Positions 51,413-60,677 of a DNA stretch of 64,000 nucleotides are shown in pieces (the first letter of the stretch is position 1; each line of letters opens with the position of its first letter). This DNA is from Lentisphaeria bacterium. GTDB taxonomy: Bacteria; Verrucomicrobiota; Lentisphaeria; JABSQK01; JAWLHB01. The stretch spans positions 1 to 64,000 of the forward strand of contig JAWLHB010000022.1 in NCBI GenBank assembly GCA_041690595.1, read 5' to 3'. The notes under the pieces are model-generated. The model was not told where the DNA came from. It did no database searches and saw only the letters and a program-made list of their open reading frames with translations. The translations under genes and the position numbers were made by a program.

Positions 51413-53977
51413 ATGAAACGCCCCCAGCTTCGCTTGCTCACCCGGTATCTGCTTGCCTCCTGCTGCCTGTGGAGCGTGGGGTGGTTGAATGCACAGACGC
51501 CCGAGGGGCATGGGCTGACGTCGAGCGCCCCGCCGGTGGTGTTGGCGCAGGATGGCGCGGCGCGCCTCCCGATCGTGATCGCGCCGGACGCTTCCGAACA
51601 GCTCCGGAAGACGGCGGCGGAGCTTGCCGGCTTCCTCCAGCGGATCACCGGCGCTGAGTTCAGCATCGTCGAGGGCAGGGATGCCGCGGGCATCACGCTG
51701 GGGACCCTGACCCACTTCCCCGATCCGGCGCTCGCCGAGCCGCTGGCGATCCGCGACCATTACGACGGCATCGAAGCCTTTGTCATCCGCACCGATGCCG
51801 ACCGCGTACGCCTGATCGCCAACACCGACCTTGGCGCTACGCACGCCGCCTGGCGCTTCCTCGAACTCCTCGGCTGCCGATGGTTCTTCATGACTCCCAA
51901 CTGGGAGATTGTCCCCGAGGCCCGTACTCTCACCTTCGCCCACAACGAAGAGAGCCGTCCCGACATCTGGTCGCGCAACATCTGGTTCGACCGGATGGCG
52001 CAGATTCCGGAGCACCGGGAGCTTTTTCAAGCGTGGGGCACGCGCAACCGCCAGGGGCATTCGCTGCGCGTGCGCATCCTTCACCGCTGGCATGCCCTGC
52101 CCGGTGAGCTGCCCGAGCTGTTCGACGGACATCCGGAGTATCTCGCGCTCGTGGACGGCAAGCGGCGTGGCCCGCAGTTCTGCGTCACCAACGCTGGACT
52201 GCAGGCAGCCGTCACGACCCATGCGAAGCAGTTCTTTGCGCAGAATCCGGAGGCGGATATGGTCTCCCTCGACCCGGCGGATACCTCCGGCTGGTGTACC
52301 TGTGGCGACTGCCGCGCGCTCGGGCACCACAGCAACCAGCCCTTCCATCTGGCAAACGTCGTCGCGCGGGAGCTGCGCGAAAGCCATCCCGGCAAGTTTG
52401 TCGGGCTGCTCGCCTATAGCTGGTACTCCGACCCGCCTGACTTCGACATGGAGCCCAACGTCTTCGTCCAGCTCACGCGGGGGATGAACGCCACCTCGAT
52501 GAGCTTCGACGATCTCTTCCGTCTCTGGTCCCAACGCAGCAGCAACTTCGGCATGTACGAGTACATGAGCTACTGGGAGATGGATGAAGGGATGCTGCCC
52601 GGCAGCCGACTGCAGGAGAGCGCCGAGCTGGCCAGCCGCCTCCGCGACTATGCCGGCCACCAGGTGCGCAGCGTCAGCGCCCAGGCCACCAACCACTGGG
52701 GGCTCTACGGTCTCACCTATTACCTGGCGGCTCGCCTCATGTGGGACGCGAGCGTCGATGTCGAGGCGCTGACCGAAGACTTCTTGAACCAGGCGTTCGG
52801 CCCGGCCGCGCCGGCGATGCGGCGCTACTACGGGCGCATCCACGGTACGCCGCGCCCTCTGGCAGGCGCCCGGCTGCTGCGCCAGTCGCTGGATGACCTG
52901 GAGGCGGCGGTCGCCCTGGCCGCTGGAAATCCGGCCGTCCTGGCGCGCCTTGACGACCTGCGCGGCTACCTCGTCTACTGTAATCTGGGCGAGCAGGTCA
53001 AGCTGGCACCCAAAGAGGAGCGGCGAGCACGCCTGCTCGAGTGGTTTACGTGGGCGTATCGGACACGAGAGACGCACATGTTCAGTTGGGTCACCTTCCG
53101 TTCCACGGTCGGCAGCCCGGCCTCCCGTGAGTTCGACGAGCCGGAATGGTTCTGGCGCAACACGGTGAAAGACGCGGAGCCGCGCAATCCCTGGCGCGAC
53201 GATACGCCGATCACCTCCACCGAGCTGACGGCTCGCCTGGCGGCAATCGCCGACGACCTTGGGCAGATGGCGGATATCCGGGCAGAGAGCTTTGGTGACG
53301 ACCATGTCCTCATCGCAACCGGGAGCACGGAACGCGAGCCTCGGCGCCAGATCTTCTCTACCGGCATGGATTATCTTGTCGCCAGTATCGAGGGGGAACC
53401 ACTTCGCATGCTGATCGAGCATCGGCCGCATGCGGTGGCCCGGCCGGATGCCCTGTACGAGCTGCGCAAGGAAGATGGCGAGTTGCTGCGGAGCGGGACG
53501 CTGCCCGTGGGCGAGCACGATGTCGAGCTGCCGGTACCGGGTCCCGGGGTCTATCGGTTCCACTGCCATTCGCGGGGCGCCGGGTATCGCATCGTCTTTC
53601 CGGCCGAGCTGCCGGTGGCCTACGTCTATACGCAGGGGCAGCGCTACCGCACGAGCGGCTACATGGCCCCGCTCTACTTCTACGTGCCCAAGGAGCAACG
53701 CGAGATCTCGTGGTACGCCTACGAGTGCGGCACCATTCGTATCACCGATCCGGACGGCACGGTCGTCCATGAAGCACCCTCCGACGGCAGCGTGGTGACG
53801 GTGCCTGTGCCGCCGGAACAGGCCGGACGCGTGTGGAGCATCGGGGGCCACACCACCATGCGCATGCGCAGCTTCCATTTCATTAACGTGCCAGCGCCGC
53901 TCTCGGCCAACCCCGATCGCATCTTCGTCCCGAAAAGCGTGGCTGAACGCGATGCCTTGACTCTCCTGGTGCCATGA
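51413..53977 (+). CDS. secreted DUF4838-like protein (paralog of the C-terminal part of 46249-50571)
   Basis: Signal peptide; extensive protein and nucleotide similarity to 48010-50550; start at 51383 or 51413. Confidence 0.75.
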   Translation: MKRPQLRLLTRYLLASCCLWSVGWLNAQTPEGHGLTSSAPPVVLAQDGAARLPIVIAPDASEQLRKTAAELAGFLQRITGAEFSIVEGRDAAGITLGTLTHFPDPALAEPLAIRDHYDGIEAFVIRTDADRVRLIANTDLGATHAAWRFLELLGCRWFFMTPNWEIVPEARTLTFAHNEESRPDIWSRNIWFDRMAQIPEHRELFQAWGTRNRQGHSLRVRILHRWHALPGELPELFDGHPEYLALVDGKRRGPQFCVTNAGLQAAVTTHAKQFFAQNPEADMVSLDPADTSGWCTCGDCRALGHHSNQPFHLANVVARELRESHPGKFVGLLAYSWYSDPPDFDMEPNVFVQLTRGMNATSMSFDDLFRLWSQRSSNFGMYEYMSYWEMDEGMLPGSRLQESAELASRLRDYAGHQVRSVSAQATNHWGLYGLTYYLAARLMWDASVDVEALTEDFLNQAFGPAAPAMRRYYGRIHGTPRPLAGARLLRQSLDDLEAAVALAAGNPAVLARLDDLRGYLVYCNLGEQVKLAPKEERRARLLEWFTWAYRTRETHMFSWVTFRSTVGSPASREFDEPEWFWRNTVKDAEPRNPWRDDTPITSTELTARLAAIADDLGQMADIRAESFGDDHVLIATGSTEREPRRQIFSTGMDYLVASIEGEPLRMLIEHRPHAVARPDALYELRKEDGELLRSGTLPVGEHDVELPVPGPGVYRFHCHSRGAGYRIVFPAELPVAYVYTQGQRYRTSGYMAPLYFYVPKEQREISWYAYECGTIRITDPDGTVVHEAPSDGSVVTVPVPPEQAGRVWSIGGHTTMRMRSFHFINVPAPLSANPDRIFVPKSVAERDALTLLVP

Positions 53978-54024
53978 ATGACTGCCGGGAGCTGAACTCA
54001 CCCTCGACAGGAAAGCAATATCAG

Positions 54025-55329
54025 ATGGATACGATCGTCTATACACGGGAACTTCCCGTACGTTGGGATGTGGATGTGGCCGTGATCGGCGGCGGCATGG
54101 CCGGCGCCTGTGCGGCCATCGCCGCGGCTCAGACCGGCGCCACGGTCGCCCTTGTCGAACGCTTCGCCGTCACCGGCGGCATGCTTACGGCGGGGGGCGT
54201 CAGCAACTTCTGCGGCGAGACTGCAGGCCAGGGGCAGGTCTTCGATGAGATCATCGCCAATCTGGATGCATTCGGCGCCATCTGGCCCTACAAGCCCTAC
54301 GAACATCGCGGCGGCGTCCGTCCCTTTCACTACGAGTTTCTCTCGGTCATTCTGCAGGAGATGCTCCTCAAGTATGGGGTGCGGCTGCTCCTGCATACCC
54401 GCTTCGTCGACGTGGCGGCCTCCGCCGACGGCCGGATCGATGCTCTCCTCCTGCGTGGGCAGAGCGGCCCCGAGGCGCTGCGTGCCAGGCAGTTCATCGA
54501 TTGCACGGGTGAAGGCGAGCTGGCCCACCTCGCCGGCTGCTCCACCATGGTCGGACGACCGGACGACAACTGCCTGCCCATGAGCCTCATGTACTTCGTG
54601 CGCGAAGTGGAGGGCGACGATATCCGCTGCGAGGTGCCGCAAGGGTGGGTCGACCATCTGCGGAGCGCCGACGACCTGCCGATGACCAGCATCTGGCCCA
54701 ATGGCCCGCGCGCCAACGCCATCAAGATCAAGGTGATCGGCCGAAGCTCCACCGATACCGAAAGCCTCACCGATGCCGAGACCTTCGCCCGCAAGCGCAT
54801 GCTCCAGGTCCTCGACTATCACCAGCGGGTGGACAAGAAGCCGTGGGTGCTCGACCACGCCTCGCCCATCATCGGCATCCGCGAAGGGCGCCGCATCGTT
54901 GGCGATTACATCCTCTCCGAGGACGATGTCCGCAACGGCCGCACCTTCGAGGACGGTGTCGCCGTCGGCACCTTCTATCTGGATGCGCACGATCCCAAGA
55001 CGGACAAGCGCGTGGACCAGATCCTCACCTTCGAGGAGAAATGCGTGCCTCCCTATCAGATTCCGCTGCGCTCCCTGATCGCCCACGACGCGCAGAACCT
55101 CTGGATGGCGGGCCGCGACATGTCGGGCGATCTGCTCGCCATGAGTTCCGCCCGCGTAACCACCAGTTGCGCCATGATGGGGCAGGCCGCCGGCATCGGC
55201 GCCGCGCTTGCCGCCCAACGCAAGCTGAGCGCCCACGATCTCCCCGCCGCGGAGGTGCGCCGCCTGATTGTGGATCGGGGCGCCAACCTGAATCTGGGCG
55301 GGCGGCTCACCTCCCTGAAGAGCCAATGA
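54025..55329 (+). CDS. FAD-dependent oxidoreductase (FAD_oxidored family)
   Basis: DVAVIGGGMAG, GGMLTAG, FIDCTGEG, GIREGRRIVG.Y, YQIPLRSL, NLWMAGR. Confidence 0.9.
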   Translation: MDTIVYTRELPVRWDVDVAVIGGGMAGACAAIAAAQTGATVALVERFAVTGGMLTAGGVSNFCGETAGQGQVFDEIIANLDAFGAIWPYKPYEHRGGVRPFHYEFLSVILQEMLLKYGVRLLLHTRFVDVAASADGRIDALLLRGQSGPEALRARQFIDCTGEGELAHLAGCSTMVGRPDDNCLPMSLMYFVREVEGDDIRCEVPQGWVDHLRSADDLPMTSIWPNGPRANAIKIKVIGRSSTDTESLTDAETFARKRMLQVLDYHQRVDKKPWVLDHASPIIGIREGRRIVGDYILSEDDVRNGRTFEDGVAVGTFYLDAHDPKTDKRVDQILTFEEKCVPPYQIPLRSLIAHDAQNLWMAGRDMSGDLLAMSSARVTTSCAMMGQAAGIGAALAAQRKLSAHDLPAAEVRRLIVDRGANLNLGGRLTSLKSQ

Positions 55330-58300
55330 GAGCACTCATCCCCATCGCTCTCCTCACCCTGTGGTTGCTGCAACCGGCCGTCGGCGACGACACAATCTCC
55401 CCGAACCATGTCCCCGACGCTTCGTTCGAGAGCGAGCTGCCCCTCTGGCTGCCTCAGGATCAGAAATCGTACTACCTCGACAGGAGGCGCTCGCCGACCG
55501 CGGCGGATGGCAGGACCGTCATGCTCCTCACCGGGTGGCACGGAGGCGCCGCCACCATCGTCTCCCCCGTGCTGAACGTACCGCCCCGGCCGGCCAGCAT
55601 CACCGGCAAGGTCCGTCACCGGGGTGAAGCCGGCCAGCTCACCGTCGAGCTGGTCCTCTACGATGAAAATGCCGGGCGCATCCTGGGCAGGTGCGAGCCA
55701 TGGCAGGCGGATGGCCGCGACGCGTGGCACGCCATGAGCCGCGAGAACATCTGGGTGGGCGACTCGCTCTCCGGGCTGCTCGATGACCTCGACAATCTCG
55801 GCGAAACCCTCGGCGAAGGCGCTCAGGCCGCGGCCGTCAAGGTGCGTATAGGGCTGCTGGTGCGTGGGCCGCAACGGGGGCATGAGCTGGAGTTCGACCA
55901 GCTTGGCCTCTTCTCCGGGACGCAGGTCGGCGAGGTCACCGACAATGCTGTTGCCATCTCCCTTCTGCCGGAGGAGCTCTCTCTGACCGAAGGCGCTTCG
56001 CTCACCGAAGCCGCTGCCCTCTACGAAGGAGGGCCGACCGCTTCGGAGCTGGTCATGCAGGGGGCCAGGGATGCCGCCACCGCCTCCATCGAGGTGCCCT
56101 CTGCCGGACGCTACCGCCTCTGGTGCCGGCTCCGGTCGTCCGGTCGCAACCGCATGGAGAAGCACCTCTCCGTCCAGGTGAGTCAGGGGACGATCGACCA
56201 AGCCGCGCCCCTCGATGAGGTCGACTACGGCAAGGATGGCGTGGCGGGCTGGTACTGGAGCAGCGTCAGCGTCGAGCTGCATGCCGGTCCCGCCCGGATA
56301 CGTCTGGCACCCGCCGGCAAGCCACCCGCCAAACTCCATCTCTCCAGGCTTCTGCTCACTGCCAACCCGGATTATGTGCCCCGGGACAACGATCTGCTCA
56401 CTACCCCTGCCTACATGCGCTTCATCAACGAGTCGGCTGGGCAGGAGCCCTTCCTTCTCTGGGTCTACATCGGCACGCACAACATCAAGAGCCCCCACCA
56501 GCACATGGGCATGTATACGCTCTCCGGCATCGTCGGCTACTTCCCCCCAAAGGACCGGGATCTCTTCATCCAACCGGGCGACACCACCCCCTGGCTGGCG
56601 CTCCACGATGTGCTCTTTGGCGATCAGTGGACCCATCGCAACAACCTCCGCCTCACCGCCACCCGCGAAACGCGCCTGGGCGGTCACCTCACCGGCCTGT
56701 TCAAAGGGCGCCTCGAATTCGCTGCCGGCCCGGAGCGCACCATCATCAAGACCGTCCCCATCGAGCAGCATTCCCCCGTCATCGAGATGACGCTCCCCTA
56801 TGACGTTGGCCGCCATCCCGAGGAGGTGATGGCGCCCATGGACTATCTCCGGCAGAAGCAGGCGGTTCTCGCGACCCTTCCCGAGCGCCAAGGGCCCAAT
56901 GCCCGGCATCTCCAGATCATCGTCAACAATCCCTCCGCCGACACCGCGGCCCGCGAGCTGGCCGAGGGCGAGCTGGAGCTTGTTAAGACGCTGGGCGCCA
57001 ACACCATTCGCCGGGTGCCGGCCAGCCGCCAGGCCGTCCGCTTCCACGAAGAGCACCAGATGACTCCCCGCTACACCCTCGATCTTCATTCCGTTTGGGG
57101 GATGCTGACCGAGAACAGCATGTACCATCCCGATCTGGCGAAGATCGAGGAGAGCTTTGCCAAGGCAGCGGAAGCCCATGCCGAGACGCGGGAGCAGATT
57201 GCCCGTATTATCCTGGCTGACGAGCCGGGCGGCATGACCCATGAGGCCATGCGCAACTCACCGCAAACCCAGAAGAGCTTCGAGAGCTACCTCGCCACCG
57301 TCGGCCTTCGTGACCAGCTCGATGCCCACTTCGACGATCTCCTCGGCGACAGCGCCTCATTCGAGCCCTTCGACCCCACGGAAGACCCCGATCGGAAGCT
57401 GGCGCAACCGAAGTTCTTCTACCACATGGAGATCTTCCGCCTGCAAGCGATGGGCCATCTGGTGCGCGAGTTCACCCGCGTCAAGAACAAGCACTTCCCC
57501 AGCTCCGCGCGAACGCTGGTCAACCATGTACCTTACCATTCCGCCTACGGCAGTTGGGTGAAGCGGGGAGTCGATCCCTACTTCTGCTTCGGGAAGGATG
57601 GCCTCGAGTTGCCGTGGACGGAAGACTGGATGGCCTATGGCGCGGGGCCACAGGAGATCTCGCCTCTCTACGCGCTCCTGCGCTCGGCCGGCCGCGCGAA
57701 CGGTTCGCCGCTGGGTGGTTACGTGGTGGTCAAGGATGGCGATGCCCAACTGGTCAGGATGAAGCTCTACACGGCCCTGGCCGGCGGCATGCGCGAGATC
57801 GACCTCTACAACTACGACCCTCCCTATTCCGGGTGGCTCAACTCATGGTCGGAGCAGTTCGAGAAGTACCCGGCCCTCCAGCAGACCCTCCAGGAGTTCG
57901 GGGCCATCGACGAGCCGCTCCACGGAACTATCCGCCGCCCCACCGATATCGCCATCCTCTACAATCGCACTCAGGCGATCTGGGCCAACCCCGGCTATAC
58001 CGCCTATTACGACATCGACCTCGTCCATTGGGCGCTGGCCCATGCCGGTTACGACGCCGATTACCTCAGCGAAGAAGATCTCGAGGCCGGTCTCCTCGAC
58101 CAGTACAAGCTGCTCTACCTCGGGGGCGAGCATGTCAAGCAGAGCTGCGCGGACGCGATCGCCGCCTGGGTCAGTCGGGGTGGCATTCTCTGCGCCCAGA
58201 CCGGCGCCGGCGTATGGAACGAATTTCACGCGCCCCGGACGGAGTGGGAGTCCCTCTTCGGCGCCAAAATGGATGAAGGCCGCGATACCGGCGTCAGTCT

Positions 58301-58889
58301 CCCCCGGCTGAAGATGAAGCAGATGGAGCCCCTGGACCAGCTCACCACCGCCCCCCCAGCGGGCCTTCCCGCCTGCACCTTCCCCAACTACAGCTACAGC
58401 GAGCGCCTCCAGCCCACCACCGCAACCGTCTTCCTCACCACCGGGGAAGGAAAGCCAGCCGGCATCGTCAATCGCCATGGTGAGGGCCAGGCAATCCGCT
58501 TTGCCGGCGCTCCCGGCATCGCCTACCTCCGGTCCGCCGTCAAAGGCGATGCCTACGAGGTGAAATCCTTCCTGCCCAGAGCCTTCGATCCGCGCCTGCG
58601 CGAGCTCATTGCCTGGCCTGCCGCCATGGCCGGAGCCAGACGCATCGTCGAAACCGACGAGCCCATTCTGGAAGTCGTTCGCTACGACAAGCCCGGAACC
58701 TCCGTCCTCCTCCTCATCGACCACGATGCGAGACCCAAGGAGAGCGTCGTCCTGCGCCTGCCCGACGCCGGCGGCTTCACCCGCGCCTGGACCGCCACCG
58801 GCCAACCCGTGACGCTATCCGTCACTGGCGACACCGTCCAGCTCACCTTGCCGCTGGACACCTGCGAAGCCATCGTCCTGCAGCCCTGA
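55326..58889 (+). CDS. large secreted protein with beta-galactosidase trimerisation-like C-terminal domain
   Basis: Signal peptide MRALIPIALLTLW, ATGA overlap; ADEP, WTEDW, IAILY, LDQYKLLYL, WVSRGG. Confidence 0.65.
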   Translation: MRALIPIALLTLWLLQPAVGDDTISPNHVPDASFESELPLWLPQDQKSYYLDRRRSPTAADGRTVMLLTGWHGGAATIVSPVLNVPPRPASITGKVRHRGEAGQLTVELVLYDENAGRILGRCEPWQADGRDAWHAMSRENIWVGDSLSGLLDDLDNLGETLGEGAQAAAVKVRIGLLVRGPQRGHELEFDQLGLFSGTQVGEVTDNAVAISLLPEELSLTEGASLTEAAALYEGGPTASELVMQGARDAATASIEVPSAGRYRLWCRLRSSGRNRMEKHLSVQVSQGTIDQAAPLDEVDYGKDGVAGWYWSSVSVELHAGPARIRLAPAGKPPAKLHLSRLLLTANPDYVPRDNDLLTTPAYMRFINESAGQEPFLLWVYIGTHNIKSPHQHMGMYTLSGIVGYFPPKDRDLFIQPGDTTPWLALHDVLFGDQWTHRNNLRLTATRETRLGGHLTGLFKGRLEFAAGPERTIIKTVPIEQHSPVIEMTLPYDVGRHPEEVMAPMDYLRQKQAVLATLPERQGPNARHLQIIVNNPSADTAARELAEGELELVKTLGANTIRRVPASRQAVRFHEEHQMTPRYTLDLHSVWGMLTENSMYHPDLAKIEESFAKAAEAHAETREQIARIILADEPGGMTHEAMRNSPQTQKSFESYLATVGLRDQLDAHFDDLLGDSASFEPFDPTEDPDRKLAQPKFFYHMEIFRLQAMGHLVREFTRVKNKHFPSSARTLVNHVPYHSAYGSWVKRGVDPYFCFGKDGLELPWTEDWMAYGAGPQEISPLYALLRSAGRANGSPLGGYVVVKDGDAQLVRMKLYTALAGGMREIDLYNYDPPYSGWLNSWSEQFEKYPALQQTLQEFGAIDEPLHGTIRRPTDIAILYNRTQAIWANPGYTAYYDIDLVHWALAHAGYDADYLSEEDLEAGLLDQYKLLYLGGEHVKQSCADAIAAWVSRGGILCAQTGAGVWNEFHAPRTEWESLFGAKMDEGRDTGVSLPRLKMKQMEPLDQLTTAPPAGLPACTFPNYSYSERLQPTTATVFLTTGEGKPAGIVNRHGEGQAIRFAGAPGIAYLRSAVKGDAYEVKSFLPRAFDPRLRELIAWPAAMAGARRIVETDEPILEVVRYDKPGTSVLLLIDHDARPKESVVLRLPDAGGFTRAWTATGQPVTLSVTGDTVQLTLPLDTCEAIVLQP

Positions 58890-58900
58890 CAGGTTGCCCA

Positions 58901-59875
58901 TCAGTCGTCTTCCCACTGCACGCTGTCATCCAGATCTTCAAGCCTTTCAAGGAGATACTGCTTCTCGTCTGAATCGATGACCAAACCCATCTGGTAGATT
59001 CTCCTTGCCTTCTCCCTGTCGGCTTTCACGGCTGGTTCCCTGTAACGGTAATACATGTCGCCCCATCCGATATACGGCCACACGTTATCCGGAAACTCTT
59101 CGGTCAGCCGTTCAAATGCCCGGTCCCCTTCTTCAATCTTTCCCCAACCAAAGTAGCACTCAGCCATCGCCCTCTTCATGTTCATAATCGTGAGGTCGTC
59201 GGAATCTGGAAGAAGGGAGCAGAATTCGCTGCAATACTCAAACCTCTTTTGATAGAAGCTTGGGTCGTAATTTGCAACTGCCAGAAGTGCATGCTCAAGA
59301 TCCTGGCACCAATTCAAAACACATTCAACCCCGGCAAAAACCTTATCAGCATCCTCGATAGAGGTGATCCCACTGGTGGCAAATCGGGGTTTCAATCCCT
59401 CCCATACTTGCAACCACAATGTACAGCCTTTCGCAAAATCGTTTTCATCACTTTCGTCACTGTCGATAAGCTCATAGCCAATCTGCATAAGCTCATTCAG
59501 CCGCTCCGAGCTTGTCACGTCAGGAGCCAACCGTTGCCATAGAATCATGCAGGCTTTCCAGAGAATATCCTCTTCGAATAACGGATCCATCCGCGGGGCA
59601 GGAATTCCATACTCTTCTCGCCAATGATACGCCAAGTCGAATGCCGAATTGAAACTCTTGACATCCTCCAGAAACGCCTTTTTATCAGTATCAACACCAA
59701 GCTTCCGCAGCTTGGAGAAAATCTCCTCAGTCGACAGCAGTTCGTAATCCTCATACCGCTCCACATCGTCTTCACGGCTTTCAAGAACGGTCGGAAGGCG
59801 TTCCGTCAAGCAGCACTTCTTGTACTTCTTACCGCTGCCGCACGGGCATGGTTCATTTCTGCCAATCTTTGCCAT
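58901..59875 (-). CDS. SEC-C motif / TPR-like protein
   Basis: [20 protein letters not shown] at the N-terminus; AGGAGG RBS; visibly lower GC than neighbours. Confidence 0.85.
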   Translation of the reverse strand: MAKIGRNEPCPCGSGKKYKKCCLTERLPTVLESREDDVERYEDYELLSTEEIFSKLRKLGVDTDKKAFLEDVKSFNSAFDLAYHWREEYGIPAPRMDPLFEEDILWKACMILWQRLAPDVTSSERLNELMQIGYELIDSDESDENDFAKGCTLWLQVWEGLKPRFATSGITSIEDADKVFAGVECVLNWCQDLEHALLAVANYDPSFYQKRFEYCSEFCSLLPDSDDLTIMNMKRAMAECYFGWGKIEEGDRAFERLTEEFPDNVWPYIGWGDMYYRYREPAVKADREKARRIYQMGLVIDSDEKQYLLERLEDLDDSVQWEDD

Positions 59876-60118
59876 AGGAGCCTCCTGCCAATCTCGCTGA
59901 ACGTATGGATGATCGAACGTCAAAATCGGTGCGCTGCCCTGGCGCAGTTACCGCTCGTCAGATGCAGTCATGCTGTTTCGTCGGGGCTGAAGTGAAGGTA
60001 GCTGTCGCCAGCGGGTTGGTCAAGGTGCGCGAAAGATCGATTTGGTACACAACCGCGCGGATTGGGAGGAGGCTTGCGGCCGGGGCGAGGGGGGCGGCTG
60101 GCGGCCGGGTGACCCGGG

Positions 60119-60586
60119 ATGCCATCGTCACGCCGCAATAGCAGGCGGCCCATAGATGCGCTGCTTGCGAAGTTGATTCGAGTCGAAGATGAACTGATCC
60201 GCCTTGATGAGGAGAAGAAGCGCCTGCGGCAGGAGTTGATGAGCGCCATGGAGACGATGGGCCTTAAGGCGCGGCAGCTGGGAGGTGCGACCGCCGTGCT
60301 CAGGTCGCGAATCGCAGTCGACTACGATGATGCGTTGCTGCGTGAGCGTCTTGGCATGAAGTACGCATGGATCGTGGAACCCGTTGCCAGGCAGGTCAAG
60401 TCTGTACTCCTGGCGGATCCCGAGCGCTATGCGGAGCTGCTGTGCAAGACAGGGAAACCCTCACGGAAGCAGGTCCAGCTGGCTATCGAGAATGCCAAAG
60501 TGGATCCCGGCGCGTTCCAGGGCGCCTTCACCAAGACATCCATCACCTCCATGGCCCTTCGACGTCACGCTGGCGCCCCCGCCTGA
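60119..60586 (+). CDS. hypothetical protein (N-terminal coiled coil)
   Basis: 155-aa ORF filling the intergenic space; no family recognised. Confidence 0.5.
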   Translation: MPSSRRNSRRPIDALLAKLIRVEDELIRLDEEKKRLRQELMSAMETMGLKARQLGGATAVLRSRIAVDYDDALLRERLGMKYAWIVEPVARQVKSVLLADPERYAELLCKTGKPSRKQVQLAIENAKVDPGAFQGAFTKTSITSMALRRHAGAPA

Positions 60587-60677
60587 GCCGCCGCTTGGCA
60601 TCCCAGGGACTGTGCCGTACATTGAGGGATTGCCGCCGCCCCAAACCAACAATCCTTCCCAATGCAGCCGCCGCCCC

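Noticed and set aside
59389..59398. GTTTCAATCC matching the repeat end
   Set aside because: 10-nt match inside a coding sequence with no stem or second repeat; chance
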